Shown here: positions 63,992 through 64,000 of the stretch, in pieces
Position numbering within the stretch: position 1 is the stretch's first letter
How the letters are laid out: the number at the start of each line of letters is the position of its first letter
Source: Jatrophihabitans sp.
GTDB lineage: Bacteria > Actinomycetota > Actinomycetes > Mycobacteriales > Jatrophihabitantaceae
DNA: 64,000 nt
Assembly: GCA_051000605.1 (NCBI GenBank)
Contig: JBPCOE010000118.1
Coordinates: 16,682-80,681 of the forward strand
Direction of reading: 5' to 3'
The notes under the pieces: model-generated
Told to the model about the DNA's origin: nothing
What the model saw: only the letters and a program-made list of their open reading frames with translations
The model's database searches: none
Program-made: the position numbers and the translations under genes

Positions 63992-64000
63992 ACCCGACCA

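Overview
High-GC actinobacterial chromosome segment; the exact genus cannot be assigned from this window. The backbone is the conserved translation supercluster on the minus strand: rpsL-rpsG-fusA-tuf, the S10, spc and alpha operons, truA, rplM-rpsI-glmM, then glmS, acpS, nnr, alr and tsaE. Accessory blocks sit at four places. (1) 6.4-16.8 kb: ECF sigma/anti-sigma/cupredoxin module, nitroreductase, isochorismatase with an AraC regulator, M55 peptidase, a decayed VapBC pair, an MBL hydrolase and a GMC oxidoreductase. (2) 19.4-26.0 kb: class F sortase, ABC-F, and a possible ether-lipid catabolic cluster. (3) 31.0-36.7 kb: a large secreted repeat protein plus a methyltransferase/GT2/acyltransferase cassette. 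(4) 55-63.6 kb: a polyol/sugar ABC uptake and catabolism cluster plus cspA, bracketed by a ~90-bp inverted repeat pair. The most striking non-gene signal is a family of short, sense-oriented, MIRU-like interspersed elements at six positions (five gene junctions and the region upstream of rpsL). They encode mini-ORFs (MSEHRSER.../MSARAKS...) whose start and stop codons overlap or abut the flanking genes. Other anomalies are an EF-Tu with NTCD in place of the NKxD motif and a truA lacking an ATG/GTG/TTG start. No tRNA, rRNA, CRISPR array or transposase was recognised.
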